Under the pieces are notes generated by a model that saw only the letters and a program-made list of their open reading frames with translations, did no database searches and was not told the DNA's origin. The position numbers were made by a program, and so were the translations under genes. DNA of 64,000 bases from Octopus sinensis (Eukaryota): NCBI RefSeq assembly GCF_006345805.1, contig NC_043003.1, forward strand, positions 117,304,001 to 117,368,000, given 5' to 3'. Below are positions 62,598 to 64,000 of this stretch, piece by piece; position 1 is the first letter of the stretch; every line of letters begins with the position of its first letter.

Positions 62598-63087
62598 CTT
62601 GTGATTGGAGAAAATCCATAACAAGTAACTCGTGTATATGTCGAAACCAACAACAACATAAAATGGATGATTTTACAGACAATCCAGAAGGATACTAAAA
62701 AAAATACTAATTATATTTTATTTGTCCATTTAATTTTAATTATCATAAGACTTCTGCTTAATAAACTATAATTAAATAAAAGGCATAAAGAAACTATTGT
62801 TTACTAAACCTATGTGTTAATGACTACAAAGGTAGAATTAAATAAAGCGAAAAAAAGATCATTACACAAGTACTAATTAAACAACAAACCAATTAAAATT
62901 CAATTAACTCAAAGAAAAATCACGAACCTTAATTACACTAGCTAACTAACTAACACATGGTTTGCAATTACTTGCGAGATTAGAGCAGTGAATCTGTGAA
63001 ATGTTTCTAATTCCCGAAGAGATGAAAGCCAAAAATTCAAGATTAAAGAAATTAAAAGATTAAACAAACATTAATCTGGAACTAAAC

Positions 63088-63463
63088 ACGTAAGCGCAAG
63101 CATAGCCGTGTGGTAAACGGATTTGCCTCTCAACCATATGGTTCCAGGTTCAGTCCCGGTGTGTTGCACTTTGGGCAAAAGCCTCGGGTCGACCAAAAAC
63201 TCATTTGAGTGGATTTCGAAGAGAAAGTTGAAGATGCCCGCCGCATATAATGTGTCTGTTTTTGTCCCAACAGCAGTTGACAACCGGTGTTGCTGTGTTT
63301 ACGTCCCTGTAACTTAGCGGTTCGGTCAAAGGCTGTTAGAATAAGTATCAGGCTTTAAAAACTAAGAACTGAGATTGATTTGTTCGGCAAATGTTCTTCA
63401 AGGCGGGGCAGTGCTCCAGCTTGGCTGCAATCTAATGACTGAACACAGCAAAAGATGAAAGAC
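63088..63463 (+). mobile_element. SINE group B, older copy
   Basis: Diverged head (ggttcagtccc), core, and gtgctccagc..gactgaa tail. Confidence 0.75.
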
Positions 63464-63562
63464 CAGTGAAATAAGAGAACTCAACAGCCCTCAACTGTTG
63501 CGTATTAAACCTGGACCTTAACCACTATCAAGACGAAAATAAAACAAAGGGATATCTCATTA

Positions 63563-63773
63563 CTCTTTTACTTGTTTCAGTCATTTGACTGCGGCCATGC
63601 TGGAGCACCGCCTTTAATCGAGCAACTCGACCCCGGGACTTATTCTTTTGTAAGCCCAGTACTTATTCTATCGGTCTCTTTTTGCCGAACCGCTAAGTGA
63701 CGGGGACATAAACACACCAGCATCGGTTGTCAAGCAATGCTAGGGGACAAACACAGACATACAAACACACACA

Positions 63774-63828
<55 letters not shown>

Positions 63829-64000
63829 GCATATGCGACGGGCTTCTTTCAGTTTCCGTCTACCAAATCCACTCACAAGGCTTTGGTCAGCCCGAGGCTA
63901 TAGTAGAAGACACTTGCCCAAGATGCCACACAGTGGGACTGAAGATGGAACCATGTGGTTGGTGGACAAGCTACTTACCACACAGCCACTCCTGCGCCTA
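63563..64000 (-). mobile_element. SINE group B, full, reaching the window edge
   Basis: Head, core and tail match other B copies. Confidence 0.92.

Overview
AT-rich animal DNA, most likely a cephalopod (Octopus-type); this is an inference from the SINE families and microsatellite load. It looks like a large intron or intergenic region. I found no convincing intact host gene, and nearly all long ORFs in the track are microsatellite artefacts or broken transposon genes. Contents: three tRNA-headed SINE groups (A, B and C here, about 25 copies); non-LTR fragments (R4/Dong x3, Hero, CR1/L2-group, several RTE); several Penelope-like element (PLE) pieces; mariner x2, Tc1, hAT/Buster, non-autonomous Helitrons and two MITEs; a 3 x ~789-bp tandem duplication; and many microsatellites. 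Best leads: (1) a short PLE with an inverted pseudo-LTR in which a tRNA-like Pol III cassette precedes a minimal hammerhead ribozyme, plus other hammerhead-like motifs; (2) a long PLE whose 3' pseudo-LTR carries five ATTGG-N12-TGACGTC modules, a TATA box, a Kozak ATG and a splice donor; (3) two SINE/LINE pairs sharing 3' tails inside the window, and SINEs that swap bodies and tails; (4) SINE concatemers enclosed by a single TSD; (5) a reciprocal RTE/hAT templated chimera. All calls come from reading and hand-translation; no searches were run. Many boundaries are approximate.
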